DNA from: Armatimonadota bacterium
GTDB lineage: Bacteria; Armatimonadota; HRBIN16
Assembly (NCBI GenBank): GCA_963677485.1
Contig: OY781964.1
Span: 5,056,001 to 5,120,000, forward strand
DNA length: 64,000 nucleotides
Direction of reading: 5' to 3'
Positions 8,475 through 18,883 of the stretch are shown here, piece after piece (the first letter of the stretch is position 1; every line of letters begins with the position of its first letter). The position numbers were made by a program, and so were the translations under genes. Below the pieces are notes generated by a model. The model saw only the letters and a program-made list of their open reading frames with translations, had not been told where the DNA came from and did no database searches.

Positions 8475-10001
8475 CTACGAGATTTTAGATACTGAGGCAA
8501 AATCTGCCTTAAGGCTATGATACAACTTCTTGTATATTTCGTAAGTGTTGTCATAGATCGCTCGGTTATCATTCCGACTGGGTGTTGTCGATTCAACAGC
8601 AATAGTCGCCCTGCAGGCCTGTTCTACGCTATCCCAGACTCCTGTCCCTACTCCGGCCATTAGGGCCACCCCAAGTGCCGGACCTTCATCGATATTGATT
8701 ACCGACTGCCCTATTCCGGTGATGTCCGCCAGAATCTGCCGCCATACGGTGCTGCGGGCTCCACCGCCGGATACGCGGCACTGGTTCATGGGTATTCCCA
8801 TCTCCTTCATAATTTCGAAGGAATCGCGTAATCCGTAGCACACGCCTTCCAGCACACTGCGTGCCATCTGTGGTTTGTTGCTGCGCAAGGTGAGCCCAAA
8901 GAAGACACCACGCGCATTCGCATCTTTGTGTGGAGTGCGTTCACCGGACAGATACGGCAGGAAGATCGTGCCTTCGCAGCCTGCAGGTGCCCGATCGGCT
9001 TCGGCTGTGATCAGCTCATACGGATCCTTCCCGAGCAGCTTTGCCGTCGCTACTTCCTGCTGGCAGATTTCATCGCGATACCATCGCAGGCTGCCGCCAG
9101 CGGAGAGCATCACCCCCATCGTGTGCCATTTGCCGGGCACCGCATGGCAGAATGTGTGCGTGCGCATGCCGGGATCAAGTACCGGCTCGTCTGAAAAGGC
9201 AAACACCACGCCAGAGGTGCCCATCGACACCGACACCACACCGGTCTCCACAATGCCATTTCCGACGGCTCCCGCAGCCTGATCACCGCCACCTCCCACT
9301 ACAGGAGTGCCAACCATCAACCCGGTTTCAGCAGAACCAGCCTCACTGACCTTCGTGGTCGCCTCAACCGATTCATACACGGGCACCATCCACTCTTTAG
9401 GAATTCCTGTGCCCTCCAGCATCTCCTGGCTCCAGCGGCGTTTGCGGACATCAAACAACGAGGTTCCGGAGGCATCGCTCACTTCACCGGCAAACTGTCC
9501 GGTCAACCGATAGCGGATGAAGTCTTTGGGTAGAAGCACCTTGGCGATCTTGGCATAGTTCTGCGGTTCGTTGTTCCGCAGCCAGATGATTTTACCGGCG
9601 GTAAATCCAGTCAGCACCGGGTTCAGGGTATATTCCATCACCTTGCGGGCACCGATGGTGTCAGTGATCCAGTCGCACTCAGCTTGGGTTCGCTGGTCGC
9701 ACCACAACAGTGCCGGGCGTATCACCTGTCCATTGGAGTCCAGGAAGACTGAGCCATGCATTTGTCCCGATATGCCTATCCCGCGTATGTCTGAGGATTC
9801 GACACCAGCTTGGTTGAGCACTTGCTGTATGGTGCATACGGTCGCCTTCCACCAATCCTCAGGGTTTTGCTCCGCCCACAAAGGTTTCGGTGCGTATAGC
9901 GGGTATTCGGCAACGGCACTCGCTACGGCATGACCTTCAATATCAATCAACAGGGTTTTGACCCCGCTCGTGCCTACATCAATGCCTAAAAGATACTGCA
10001 T
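8475..10001 (-). CDS. xylB: Xylulokinase (FGGY family)
   Basis: GIDVGTSGVK, SGQMHG, WCDQRT, DASGT, GGGDQAA and PYLSGERTP motifs. Confidence 0.92.
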   Translation of the reverse strand: MQYLLGIDVGTSGVKTLLIDIEGHAVASAVAEYPLYAPKPLWAEQNPEDWWKATVCTIQQVLNQAGVESSDIRGIGISGQMHGSVFLDSNGQVIRPALLWCDQRTQAECDWITDTIGARKVMEYTLNPVLTGFTAGKIIWLRNNEPQNYAKIAKVLLPKDFIRYRLTGQFAGEVSDASGTSLFDVRKRRWSQEMLEGTGIPKEWMVPVYESVEATTKVSEAGSAETGLMVGTPVVGGGGDQAAGAVGNGIVETGVVSVSMGTSGVVFAFSDEPVLDPGMRTHTFCHAVPGKWHTMGVMLSAGGSLRWYRDEICQQEVATAKLLGKDPYELITAEADRAPAGCEGTIFLPYLSGERTPHKDANARGVFFGLTLRSNKPQMARSVLEGVCYGLRDSFEIMKEMGIPMNQCRVSGGGARSTVWRQILADITGIGQSVINIDEGPALGVALMAGVGTGVWDSVEQACRATIAVESTTPSRNDNRAIYDNTYEIYKKLYHSLKADFASVSKIS

Positions 10002-10136
10002 GAAGCAACCTCTCGGTAATAACTAGTCGTTGTGGTCTAATATATGGTATGACATTACCATCGGCTATTTCTGCAAATGCGTCGCGTATTCCTGCAACAG
10101 TGGCATTTTCTCTAAAAAGCGATAAGGAGCTAGTGG

Positions 10137-11168
10137 TTGCCAGAACGTAAATCACGACTGCATATCAACACTTGCCCCCGATGTGGTGCCATAGCCATAC
10201 CAGATCGCACTTCCTGTCATATGTGTTATGCGGTTCTGCTGCCATCGTCTGTCGAAACCCCAACGCTACCGGAAATGCAGCCTTATATACCTTCTGAGCC
10301 GGTTGCTGATCCAGTTGCCGAACCTGACACCAAGCTGTCCGATCTACCGGCTTTGGCCGTCATGCTTGAAAAACCAACAGACATTGGTGAACCTGCATTT
10401 GATAATTCAATAGATAAATCATCTGCCCAAGTCGCGGATATACTACCCACCTCACCGGTTGATATGGATCTACCCGATCCCTGCCAGCCAGACATCCCTC
10501 CAACCGATGTTGTGCAACCAATTCAGGAAGCATCAGTGCCTCTCTCGCTAAGGTTGCCACCAATTGAAGAGATTCTACCAGAGTTTTTGAAGTATAAGTC
10601 GGTCATGAAACATCGGCTGTACCGCAAAAAGTCACGAGCCAGATTGCGGGGCATTTTGCGCAGAATCACGTGCTGGCTTCTCGCGCTGTTTGTTGTAGTT
10701 CTGGCATATACAGCCTGGCTTCACAATCCTATGATCGCATCAGATCAACAGACCGCTACGAGTACCGCGGCGCGATTAGCACTGGCTATCAATGACCGCG
10801 ACTACGAGCTACTATATAACAGCACCATATGGACAGACCATTATAGGCAAGCATTCCACAGCAGTTCCGATATCGACAGATTTTGCCGAAATCAAAACAA
10901 GGCCCAATCGTTTAAGCTGCATCATCTGGCAGAATTGTGGCAAATGAAGCACACTGTTGTTGTTAGCGGAAAACTCATCGGACTAAACAGTATTGGCTAC
11001 ACATTTATTGACACATCCAGCAAACAGCAGAAATTTCAGTTCACATTGACCCGTACCCCTTCGAAACGCTGGATGTGGGACATCGCATATGACTACCGGC
11101 TTGCCCCGTCCGATATCCCGTTGTTAAACCACATCATGGTGCAAAGCAGGCTACAGGAAGCAAAATGA
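10137..11168 (+). CDS. Hypothetical membrane protein: N-terminal Zn ribbon, Pro/Asp-rich linker, one TM helix, extracytoplasmic domain
   Basis: TTG start behind AAGGAG; CPRC..CHMC; TM segment ITCWLLALFVVVLAYTAWL; stop overlaps the rodA start. Confidence 0.65.
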   Translation: MPERKSRLHINTCPRCGAIAIPDRTSCHMCYAVLLPSSVETPTLPEMQPYIPSEPVADPVAEPDTKLSDLPALAVMLEKPTDIGEPAFDNSIDKSSAQVADILPTSPVDMDLPDPCQPDIPPTDVVQPIQEASVPLSLRLPPIEEILPEFLKYKSVMKHRLYRKKSRARLRGILRRITCWLLALFVVVLAYTAWLHNPMIASDQQTATSTAARLALAINDRDYELLYNSTIWTDHYRQAFHSSSDIDRFCRNQNKAQSFKLHHLAELWQMKHTVVVSGKLIGLNSIGYTFIDTSSKQQKFQFTLTRTPSKRWMWDIAYDYRLAPSDIPLLNHIMVQSRLQEAK

Positions 11169-12262
11169 TCAAACGACCACAGCACATTGACTGGGCTCTT
11201 CTGAGTCTCACACTGCTGCTTTGCATCATCGGTCTTGTCTGCATCTACAGTGCCGTTCATAGTGATGCTGGCTTAGGCATGGTTCGCAAACAGCTTCTTG
11301 CTATGGTGATCGGACTGATCGCTCTCACAATATTCAGCAACCTGCCTGTGCAGATATACCGAAACTGGCGTATAGCACTCTATTCAGTCAACATTATTTT
11401 GCTGCTTATCGTCGATGTCATGGGCCATTCAGCTAAAGGAGCCCAGCGTTGGATTCCGCTGGTTGGAGGTTTCAACCTTCAACCTAGCGAAGTGGCGAAG
11501 GTGCTGCTGGCAATCACGCTAGCCGACTTCGTGGCCAGATATGAAGACAACATGAGAAGTCCGGTGGTGTTTTTCCGATCGCTTCTTCACATCGGATTCC
11601 CGGCACTGCTGGTCTTTGCGCAGCCGGATCTGGGCACATCCATTGTCATCATGTCGATATGGGCTGGCATCATGCTGGTATCGAGAGCTCCGAAACGGCT
11701 GATGGTGCTTGTGGCACTCACAGGCTTATTGGGGTTTGGCACCATCTGGCAAACAGGGGTGTTGAAAGACTACCAAAAAAAGCGTATCACGGCGTTCATC
11801 AACCCCGCCAGCGATCCCAGAGCAGCTGGTTACCATGTCATACAGGCTCGCATCGCCGTGGGTAGTGGACAGATCACCGGTAAAGGGTTGTTCTCTGGCA
11901 CCCAAAACCGATTAGACTTCATTCCAGAGCAGCATACAGACTTCGTTTTCACCGTCATCGGTGAGGAGGTCGGATTTGCAGGCAGCATCGCTTTGTTGGT
12001 GATATATGCCCTCTTTTTGTGGCGGATTTTACTCATTGTGTATCAAGCCCACACAACATACTCCCGAGCACTCGCCGCCGGGATATTCACATTCTTCGCA
12101 TACCATATCATCATCAATATCGGAATGGTTATTGGTGTGTTCCCTGTCGTCGGGGTATGGCTGCCGTTTATCAGCTTTGGCGGAAGTGCGATAATATCGT
12201 GCCTCTCCGCGGTTGGACTGCTTCTAGCCATCAACCGCGCCGAATTCGCTTCACGTTTCTAG
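11165..12262 (+). CDS. rodA: Rod shape-determining protein RodA (SEDS glycosyltransferase)
   Basis: GAQRWI, QPSEVAK, QPDLGT, GYHVIQARIAVGSG, PEQHTDF and LPFISFGGS motifs. Confidence 0.93.
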   Translation: MIKRPQHIDWALLSLTLLLCIIGLVCIYSAVHSDAGLGMVRKQLLAMVIGLIALTIFSNLPVQIYRNWRIALYSVNIILLLIVDVMGHSAKGAQRWIPLVGGFNLQPSEVAKVLLAITLADFVARYEDNMRSPVVFFRSLLHIGFPALLVFAQPDLGTSIVIMSIWAGIMLVSRAPKRLMVLVALTGLLGFGTIWQTGVLKDYQKKRITAFINPASDPRAAGYHVIQARIAVGSGQITGKGLFSGTQNRLDFIPEQHTDFVFTVIGEEVGFAGSIALLVIYALFLWRILLIVYQAHTTYSRALAAGIFTFFAYHIIINIGMVIGVFPVVGVWLPFISFGGSAIISCLSAVGLLLAINRAEFASRF

Positions 12263-12357
12263 GCAGAAATATGTCATCATAAACCTTGCGTGATACAATG
12301 ATAGTAAGCACAAACGCATCATCTACCACTCAATAAGGGGATACTTTACCTAATATC

Positions 12358-13083
12358 ATGCCTACTCTTCTGGCACGAATGAGAGAAGACATTCAAACTG
12401 TCTTCCGTAAAGACCCGGCTGCAAAAACCTTGTTAGAGGTGTTCACCTACCCCGGACTTCATGCGGTTTGGATGCACAGGTTTGCTCACTCCATTTACCG
12501 ATGTAAGCTATACACATTTGCCCGGATCATTTCTCAGGTGAACAGGTTATTCACTGGTGTGGAGATTCATCCCGCAGCCGTGATAGGACGACGTCTGTTT
12601 ATCGACCATGGCATGGGAGTGGTGATCGGCGAGACCGCTGAGATTGGTGACGATGTGTTGATGTACCACCAGGTGACACTGGGCGGAACCACACTGGAAA
12701 AGGGTAAGCGTCACCCCACAATTGGCAATAATGTGCTGATCGGAATGGGCGCCAAGATAGTGGGTGCCATTACGGTGGGCGACAACTGCCGAATCGGTGC
12801 AAACGCTGTGGTCAACAAAAATATCCCAGCAAACTGCACAGTGGTCGGTGTTCCTGGCCACATCGTCACCAGGGACGGCGTGAAAGTAGACGATTCCCCC
12901 AGGGTGATGGACAACATCGTAAACAGCATTGACCCTGAAGATGAAATTGTCCGCGACCTTCGCCAACAGATCGCCCAACTTGCTAAGCACTATGCCGCCA
13001 TGCTGCAGGTGCTCGAGAACCAACAAGATGTGATCGGTGACCTTAAGCAGCCTGACCAGCCAACAGCCAATAACGACCATTAG
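12358..13083 (+). CDS. cysE: Serine O-acetyltransferase
   Basis: DPAA, YPGLHA, IDHGMGVVIGETA and GKRHPT motifs; adjacent to cysS. Confidence 0.93.
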   Translation: MPTLLARMREDIQTVFRKDPAAKTLLEVFTYPGLHAVWMHRFAHSIYRCKLYTFARIISQVNRLFTGVEIHPAAVIGRRLFIDHGMGVVIGETAEIGDDVLMYHQVTLGGTTLEKGKRHPTIGNNVLIGMGAKIVGAITVGDNCRIGANAVVNKNIPANCTVVGVPGHIVTRDGVKVDDSPRVMDNIVNSIDPEDEIVRDLRQQIAQLAKHYAAMLQVLENQQDVIGDLKQPDQPTANNDH

Positions 13084-13092
13084 GAGATATCA

Positions 13093-14490
13093 ATGACATC
13101 TCTCAAGATATATAACAGCATGTCCCGCAAAGAAGAAGAGTTCAAACCGCGTGAGCCGAACAAAGTCTCGATCTACGCTTGCGGGTTGACCGCTCAAGGT
13201 CCGCCTCACATCGGGCATATCCGTGGGGCCATCGTCTTTGATATTATCCGACGCTGGTTCATAGAACTTGGCTACGATGTGGAGATGGTTCAGAACTTCA
13301 CAGATATTGATGACAAGATCATCGCTAAAGCCGACACTGAGGGGCTCTCTTCTGAGGATGTCGCCAAGAAGTATAGCACGGCCTATTTGACGGTGCTTGA
13401 CAAGCTGAATATCCTCCCCATCCATTGGTGCCGTGTCACAGAAGAGATGGACAGCATCATCGAGATGGTAGCAACCCTCATTGATAAAGGGCATGCCTAT
13501 GCCGTGGATGGCGATGTCTATTTCAAAGTCAGCAGCTTCAAGGACTACGGTAAACTCAGCGGCCGTAACATCGAAGATGTTCGTTCAGGCTATCGCATTG
13601 AAGTGGATGAGCGGAAGCAAAACGCAGAGGACTTCGCTTTGTGGAAGTCGGCTAAGCCGGGTGAGCCATCATGGGCAAGTCCATGGGGGCCTGGAAGGCC
13701 TGGCTGGCACATCGAGTGCTCCGCGATGAGTTTGAAGTATCTGGGCAAGGATTTTGATATTCACGCTGGAGGCAACGACCTCATCTTTCCGCACCATGAA
13801 AATGAGATCGCACAGTCAGAGGCCTATCTTGACAGTGAGTTCGCGAAATATTGGGTTCACTGGGGCAGCGTCACACTCGGTAAGGAGAAAATGTCCAAAT
13901 CATTGGGCAACTTCTTCACGGCCGAGGAGATACTAGCTGAGTTTGACCCTGATGTGCTGCGCATGTTCCTCATCAGCACCGACTACCGAAGCCCTGTGGA
14001 CTTCAGCAGAGAGCGTCTGGCTCAGACCAGCACCGCTGTGGCGCGCATCAAGAACGCATACACCAGGGTGAAAAGCGTGATCGGAGATGCCCAATCCGAT
14101 CCCGACACGGCCTATTGGGGCAAATTCTCAGATGCTATGAACTACGACTTCAATACCTCAGCAGCCATCGGAGTGATGTTTGAGGTAGTCAGTGAAATCA
14201 ATAAATCCATTGACGACACGAGTGCAGACAATGCGGTCACCGCATCACTCTGCGCCGCTCTAGTCAAGATGGCGGACACGTTAGGGTTCATGAACCTGTT
14301 TTCCGACACAGTGAAGATAGACAACGACCTGAGTGCTGACCTCATTCAAGCAGCCATTCGTTGGCGTCAAATAGCCCGCGAAACTAAGAACTGGGCTATC
14401 TCGGACGCTATCCGAGATGACCTGAAGGCACTAAACATCAGCTTGCAGGATGGAGCCAACGGCACCACCTGGAAGATCGAAACACAGTAG
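13093..14490 (+). CDS. cysS: Cysteine--tRNA ligase
   Basis: CG..HIGH, DFALWK, GRPGWHIECSAM, FPHHENE and KMSKS motifs. Confidence 0.97.
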   Translation: MTSLKIYNSMSRKEEEFKPREPNKVSIYACGLTAQGPPHIGHIRGAIVFDIIRRWFIELGYDVEMVQNFTDIDDKIIAKADTEGLSSEDVAKKYSTAYLTVLDKLNILPIHWCRVTEEMDSIIEMVATLIDKGHAYAVDGDVYFKVSSFKDYGKLSGRNIEDVRSGYRIEVDERKQNAEDFALWKSAKPGEPSWASPWGPGRPGWHIECSAMSLKYLGKDFDIHAGGNDLIFPHHENEIAQSEAYLDSEFAKYWVHWGSVTLGKEKMSKSLGNFFTAEEILAEFDPDVLRMFLISTDYRSPVDFSRERLAQTSTAVARIKNAYTRVKSVIGDAQSDPDTAYWGKFSDAMNYDFNTSAAIGVMFEVVSEINKSIDDTSADNAVTASLCAALVKMADTLGFMNLFSDTVKIDNDLSADLIQAAIRWRQIARETKNWAISDAIRDDLKALNISLQDGANGTTWKIETQ

Positions 14491-14514
14491 CAAAATAAAG
14501 GAGATGCGCCCCAT

Positions 14515-15933
14515 ATGGGAGCCATCAAGTCCTCAAAACCGAATACCAAGGCGAAGATATTGACAGGGATTACCATTTGCGCGATTCTGGCGATTACGGC
14601 TCCCCTCCTCAAAGGGGACGTCGGTGGTCAACCACAGATACACAATGTCACCGTAGCGGGCATCATCCTCAAGGAGCTTAGCCCAGAGCAAGCACGGCTC
14701 GAGTTGCAGAAACAAGCCGTAACCCTTCAGTCACAGCCTGTTCAAGTCGATGTCTGTGACACCACTGGCAAACGTCTTTGGGGCCGTGTCTACACACGGC
14801 AGGAACTCGGGTATAAACTGGATGTTCCGGCCACCGTGCAATCGGCCATAGAGGCCAGCAACCCTCAAGGGCTGTGGCAAAAGATTCTACTGGCATACTC
14901 CCATCGATCGGGCGTTGCCATGGAATCAAAATACATCAGCGATACCCAAATCGCGAGGGCTGTCGCAAAACGCATCGGCAAATTGGTGAACCGTCCTCCA
15001 GTGGACGCAAAAATAACAGGAATTTCTGCCGGAACCATAGTGAGCACCCCTGAGCAAACTGGATACCATGTTCCTGACACGGCAGGCCCCGAACTGCACA
15101 CAGCGGCTCTGCAAGGGCTCCCGCGAGTTGTGATTCAGTGTGAAGAAGAACCTGCCAAGATCACCCAGGCTAGTTTGCGTTTCACACCAGTTGTGCTGGC
15201 ATCGGCAACCACTAAATACAGTTCACGGAAGGTAGCCCGCACGAAAAATGTGGTGATGGCCGCTAACAATATGAACAACACGGTAGTTGTGCCAGGTGCT
15301 GAGTTTAGCTACAACAAGGCTGTCGGTCCGCGAAGTTTGGAAGAAGGCTTTGTAGAAGCCTTGATATTTGTGAAGGGCAAAGTGGTTCCAGGCGCAGGCG
15401 GAGGTGTGTGTCAGGTCTCTACCACGCTGTTCCAGGCCTTGTTGAAAACAGGCCTGGAGATCAAGGAGCGGCACCCGCATAGCCTGCCAGTGACCTATGC
15501 AAAACCGGGGCTTGATGCCACTGTATCGTATGGTGCCATAGACCTGCGCTTCCTCAATAACTATGACAAGCCAGTGATAGTGCATAGCAGGGCTAGCGGC
15601 GGTTTGATGACAGTCACATTACTTGGCGATGCATCCTGCAAGGGACAATACAAGGTAGTTCAAGAAGGCCTGAAGGTCACGAAACTGCCAGCTAAAGTGG
15701 TCTATTCCAACAAACTACCTGCAGGTAAGCGCGTTGTCGAAAACAAGTCTGTCACCGGCTACCGTGTCACCACATATCGGGTGAAGTTGGAAGGTGGCAA
15801 GGAGATCGAACGCAAACTCATCGACCATGACGTCTACCGTCCACAGTCGAAAGTTGTTGTCGAAGGCACAGCCAAAGCTCAACCATCGGCCAATCCCACA
15901 ACCGGATCAGCACCACAAGAGCCTGGAATTTAG
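14515..15933 (+). CDS. VanW-family protein with C-terminal G5 domain
   Basis: FSYNKAVGPR, GGGVCQVSTTLF, ERHPHS and DATVSYGAIDLRF motifs; N-terminal hydrophobic anchor; G5-like tail. Confidence 0.88.
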   Translation: MGAIKSSKPNTKAKILTGITICAILAITAPLLKGDVGGQPQIHNVTVAGIILKELSPEQARLELQKQAVTLQSQPVQVDVCDTTGKRLWGRVYTRQELGYKLDVPATVQSAIEASNPQGLWQKILLAYSHRSGVAMESKYISDTQIARAVAKRIGKLVNRPPVDAKITGISAGTIVSTPEQTGYHVPDTAGPELHTAALQGLPRVVIQCEEEPAKITQASLRFTPVVLASATTKYSSRKVARTKNVVMAANNMNNTVVVPGAEFSYNKAVGPRSLEEGFVEALIFVKGKVVPGAGGGVCQVSTTLFQALLKTGLEIKERHPHSLPVTYAKPGLDATVSYGAIDLRFLNNYDKPVIVHSRASGGLMTVTLLGDASCKGQYKVVQEGLKVTKLPAKVVYSNKLPAGKRVVENKSVTGYRVTTYRVKLEGGKEIERKLIDHDVYRPQSKVVVEGTAKAQPSANPTTGSAPQEPGI

Positions 15934-15950
15934 ATGTTCGCAATTTCCAG

Positions 15951-16937
15951 ATGAAGATAGGAACAATCGAGATTGACCCACCGGTGGTGCTCGCCCCCAT
16001 GGCAGGCATCACCGATGCTCCTTTTAGGGCGATTTGCAGACAGTATGGCGCAGGGCTCGTCTGTTCGGAGCTCATCAGTTCCACAGCTCTGCAGTTCAAC
16101 AGCGTTAAAACCCATGAGATGATGCAAACCTCTCATGAGGAACGTCCGGTGAGTATTCAGATTTTCGGCAGCAACCCTCAACACATGGCTGAAGCCGCCA
16201 GGCAAGCTGAAGAGTATGGGGCCGACATTGTAGACATCAATATGGGTTGCTGGGTGCCGAAGGTCGTGAAGACCGGTTCAGGGGCTGCACTGCTGCGTGA
16301 TATCGACTTAGCGGTCACCATAACCAAAGCAGTCGTCCAATCAGTCGCTATTCCTGTCACGGTAAAAATTCGCTGTGGATGGGAACGGGCCGAGATCAAC
16401 TATGCTGATCTAGCCCCACGCCTTGAACAGATCGGTGTCTCAGCAATAGCCTTGCATGCCCGAGTGGCCACTCAAGGTTTCACTGGCGAAGCCGACTGGA
16501 GTGCGATAACTCATCTCAAGAGCATCGTGCAGATTCCGGTGATAGGAAATGGTGATATACGTGATGCACACGACGCGCTGCGTATGTTCGAAACTACTGG
16601 CTGTGATGCCGTCATGGTGGGCAGAGCCGCGGTCTCCAATCCCTGGCTGTTTCAGCAAATCAACCATCTGCTGCAAACAGGCGAAACACTACCGGCTCCT
16701 TCATTGGGTCAACGGTTGGAAGTCGCACTGACCCATGCCCAGGAACTGTGTAAACTGAGGCCCGAAGAATCTGCCATCAAACACATACGTGGGCAAATGG
16801 CGAATTACGTCAAAGGCTGCCAGGGGGCGAATTCCTTTCGAAATCACATCTGCCAGTGCAACAGTCTTGAGCAACTTCAACGTATATTTGATGAAGTCAT
16901 TGATACCAACATCTCAGAATCACAAGGTATCGTATAA
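15951..16937 (+). CDS. dusB: tRNA-dihydrouridine synthase B
   Basis: LAPMAGITD, DINMGC, GSGAAL, VTVKIR and IPVIGNGDI motifs. Confidence 0.92.
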   Translation: MKIGTIEIDPPVVLAPMAGITDAPFRAICRQYGAGLVCSELISSTALQFNSVKTHEMMQTSHEERPVSIQIFGSNPQHMAEAARQAEEYGADIVDINMGCWVPKVVKTGSGAALLRDIDLAVTITKAVVQSVAIPVTVKIRCGWERAEINYADLAPRLEQIGVSAIALHARVATQGFTGEADWSAITHLKSIVQIPVIGNGDIRDAHDALRMFETTGCDAVMVGRAAVSNPWLFQQINHLLQTGETLPAPSLGQRLEVALTHAQELCKLRPEESAIKHIRGQMANYVKGCQGANSFRNHICQCNSLEQLQRIFDEVIDTNISESQGIV

Positions 16938-16939
16938 AC

Positions 16940-17839
16940 ATGAAACACATCGTATCAGTCAGTCTAGGCAGTTCACAGCGCAACAAATCGGCATTGGTAG
17001 AAATCCTGGGAGAGCAGGTGCAGATTGAGCGACGAGGCACCGATGGAGACAAGGCACTGTTCCAAAAAACACTGGAAGAGCTTGATGGCCATGTCGATGC
17101 CATCGGCCTGGGGGGCTGCGACCGTTATGTCTGGACTCCTGGCCGTCGTTATGAATTCCGCGACATTGCCCGTCTGTCTCGAAATGTCACTAAAACGCCC
17201 ATTTTAGACGGCAGTGGCCTCAAAAACACGCTGGAACGCACGGCCGTTGATAAGCTGGGTGACCAAGAGATCATACAGTGGTCCGATGACAACGTGCTTG
17301 TCGTAGCCGGTGTAGACAGGTTTGGCATGGCCGAGGCAATTTCCTTACGGGCAAAGTCCGTGGTGTTTGGCGACGCGATGTTCGCCATCAACCTACCCTT
17401 ACCCATTCATTCGTTGCGCACTTTAAAACTGCTCGCGGATATCCTTCTGCCGATTGTCACACTGATGCCCTTTGAATGGGTCTACCCTGTGGGCAAAAAG
17501 CAGGAAGAAAGCAGTCCGAAGTTTGAGGAATGGTTCCGCTGGGCAGATGTGATCGCTGGCGACTGGCTGTTTATCAAACGTTACAGCCCCACTAACCTCA
17601 AAAGCAAGACCATACTCACCAACACAGTAAGGCAGGCCGATGTCGACATGCTGAAAGAGCGGGGAGCGAGCCGGCTGTTTACGACCACTCCAGTTTTCGG
17701 CGGCGAGACTTTCGCAACCAACGTGTTGGAGGCTTTGATTGTGGCCTTCAGCGGCAAAGGTATGGAGCCGCTAAGTGCGTTAGAATATGCTGAGTGGCTG
17801 ACTAGACTTAATTGGAAGATCGGCCACATAGAGTTATAA
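16940..17839 (+). CDS. Conserved uncharacterised protein (family often auto-annotated 'quinate 5-dehydrogenase')
   Basis: VSVSLGSS.R, R.GTDGD, DAIGLGG, DGSGLKNTLE, DRFGMA and TNVLEA motifs recognised; function unproven. Confidence 0.7.
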   Translation: MKHIVSVSLGSSQRNKSALVEILGEQVQIERRGTDGDKALFQKTLEELDGHVDAIGLGGCDRYVWTPGRRYEFRDIARLSRNVTKTPILDGSGLKNTLERTAVDKLGDQEIIQWSDDNVLVVAGVDRFGMAEAISLRAKSVVFGDAMFAINLPLPIHSLRTLKLLADILLPIVTLMPFEWVYPVGKKQEESSPKFEEWFRWADVIAGDWLFIKRYSPTNLKSKTILTNTVRQADVDMLKERGASRLFTTTPVFGGETFATNVLEALIVAFSGKGMEPLSALEYAEWLTRLNWKIGHIEL

Positions 17840-17878
17840 TATCGGCGATATAGAGATATCTATCATGGAGGAAGTCAT

Positions 17879-18883
17879 ATGTATACGAAGCAGGTCCGAC
17901 CTTACGTTGGTTCTATGAACCAACTCGCAGGGGCTACCCCCTTACGTTACCAGCACGGTTCCGAAAGTGAGCAGTTTGCGGTCCGTCTATTCACAGCATC
18001 CGGATGGGACATCAACGTGATGTGCGATAGAGGCATGGATATCGGCGCAGCCTCGTATAAGGGCACACCGGTCGCCTGGTGCAGTCCAACCGGATACGCC
18101 CATCCCCATCGCTACGACCCCAACAGTTTCGAATGGCTTCGGGGTTTTGGCGGTGGATTACTGGCCACATGCGGCTTGACTCAAGTGGGAGCCGCCTGCA
18201 CAGATGAGGACGAAGAACTGGGTCTTCATGGCCGGGCTGTCGGCTTGTCAGCCAGCAACCTGAACTGGGGTGCCGACTGGGTTGGTGACAGCTACACTTG
18301 CTGGGTAGAGGGTGAAATCCGCCAGGCCAAAGTGTTCGGTGAGAATATCACCCTGCGGCGACGCATCTCCATCACGCTGGGCAGCCCCAAGATTGAGATA
18401 CATGACACCGTCTGCAACCAGGGATTTAGCGAAACACCATTCATGCTGTTGCATCACATGAATTTCGGATACCCGTTAGTGGATGAGGGCACCCAAATCG
18501 AGTGTAACTACACCGAGATTGAACCGCGGAACGAACATGCCGCCAAGGGTATCCCCACATTCAAAAACATCCACGCTCCCACTGCAGGATATGTTGAAGA
18601 GGTGTTCCATCCTAAGGTTGTAGCGGTGGATGGCCTTTGCCAGGCCTCACTTGTCAACTGCAAGCAGAAACTGGCCGTCACGGTACAGTGGAACCCTGAA
18701 GAGAGCCCCATGATGACGGTATGGAAAATGCTGGGACAAGGCGAGTATGTGATTGGCCTTGAACCAAGCAACTGCCACGTGGCTGGCCGTGCTGCGGAGC
18801 GAGCTACTGGCAGTCTGCAGTATCTGCAGCCAGGCGAAGTTGCTGAGAAGCACATACAAGTCATCGCAGAAGTCATGTCCTGA
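17879..18883 (+). CDS. Aldose 1-epimerase-like protein (DUF4432 type)
   Basis: DRGMDI, GGLLATCGL, LHG, HMNFGYP and GLEP motifs. Confidence 0.85.
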   Translation: MYTKQVRPYVGSMNQLAGATPLRYQHGSESEQFAVRLFTASGWDINVMCDRGMDIGAASYKGTPVAWCSPTGYAHPHRYDPNSFEWLRGFGGGLLATCGLTQVGAACTDEDEELGLHGRAVGLSASNLNWGADWVGDSYTCWVEGEIRQAKVFGENITLRRRISITLGSPKIEIHDTVCNQGFSETPFMLLHHMNFGYPLVDEGTQIECNYTEIEPRNEHAAKGIPTFKNIHAPTAGYVEEVFHPKVVAVDGLCQASLVNCKQKLAVTVQWNPEESPMMTVWKMLGQGEYVIGLEPSNCHVAGRAAERATGSLQYLQPGEVAEKHIQVIAEVMS

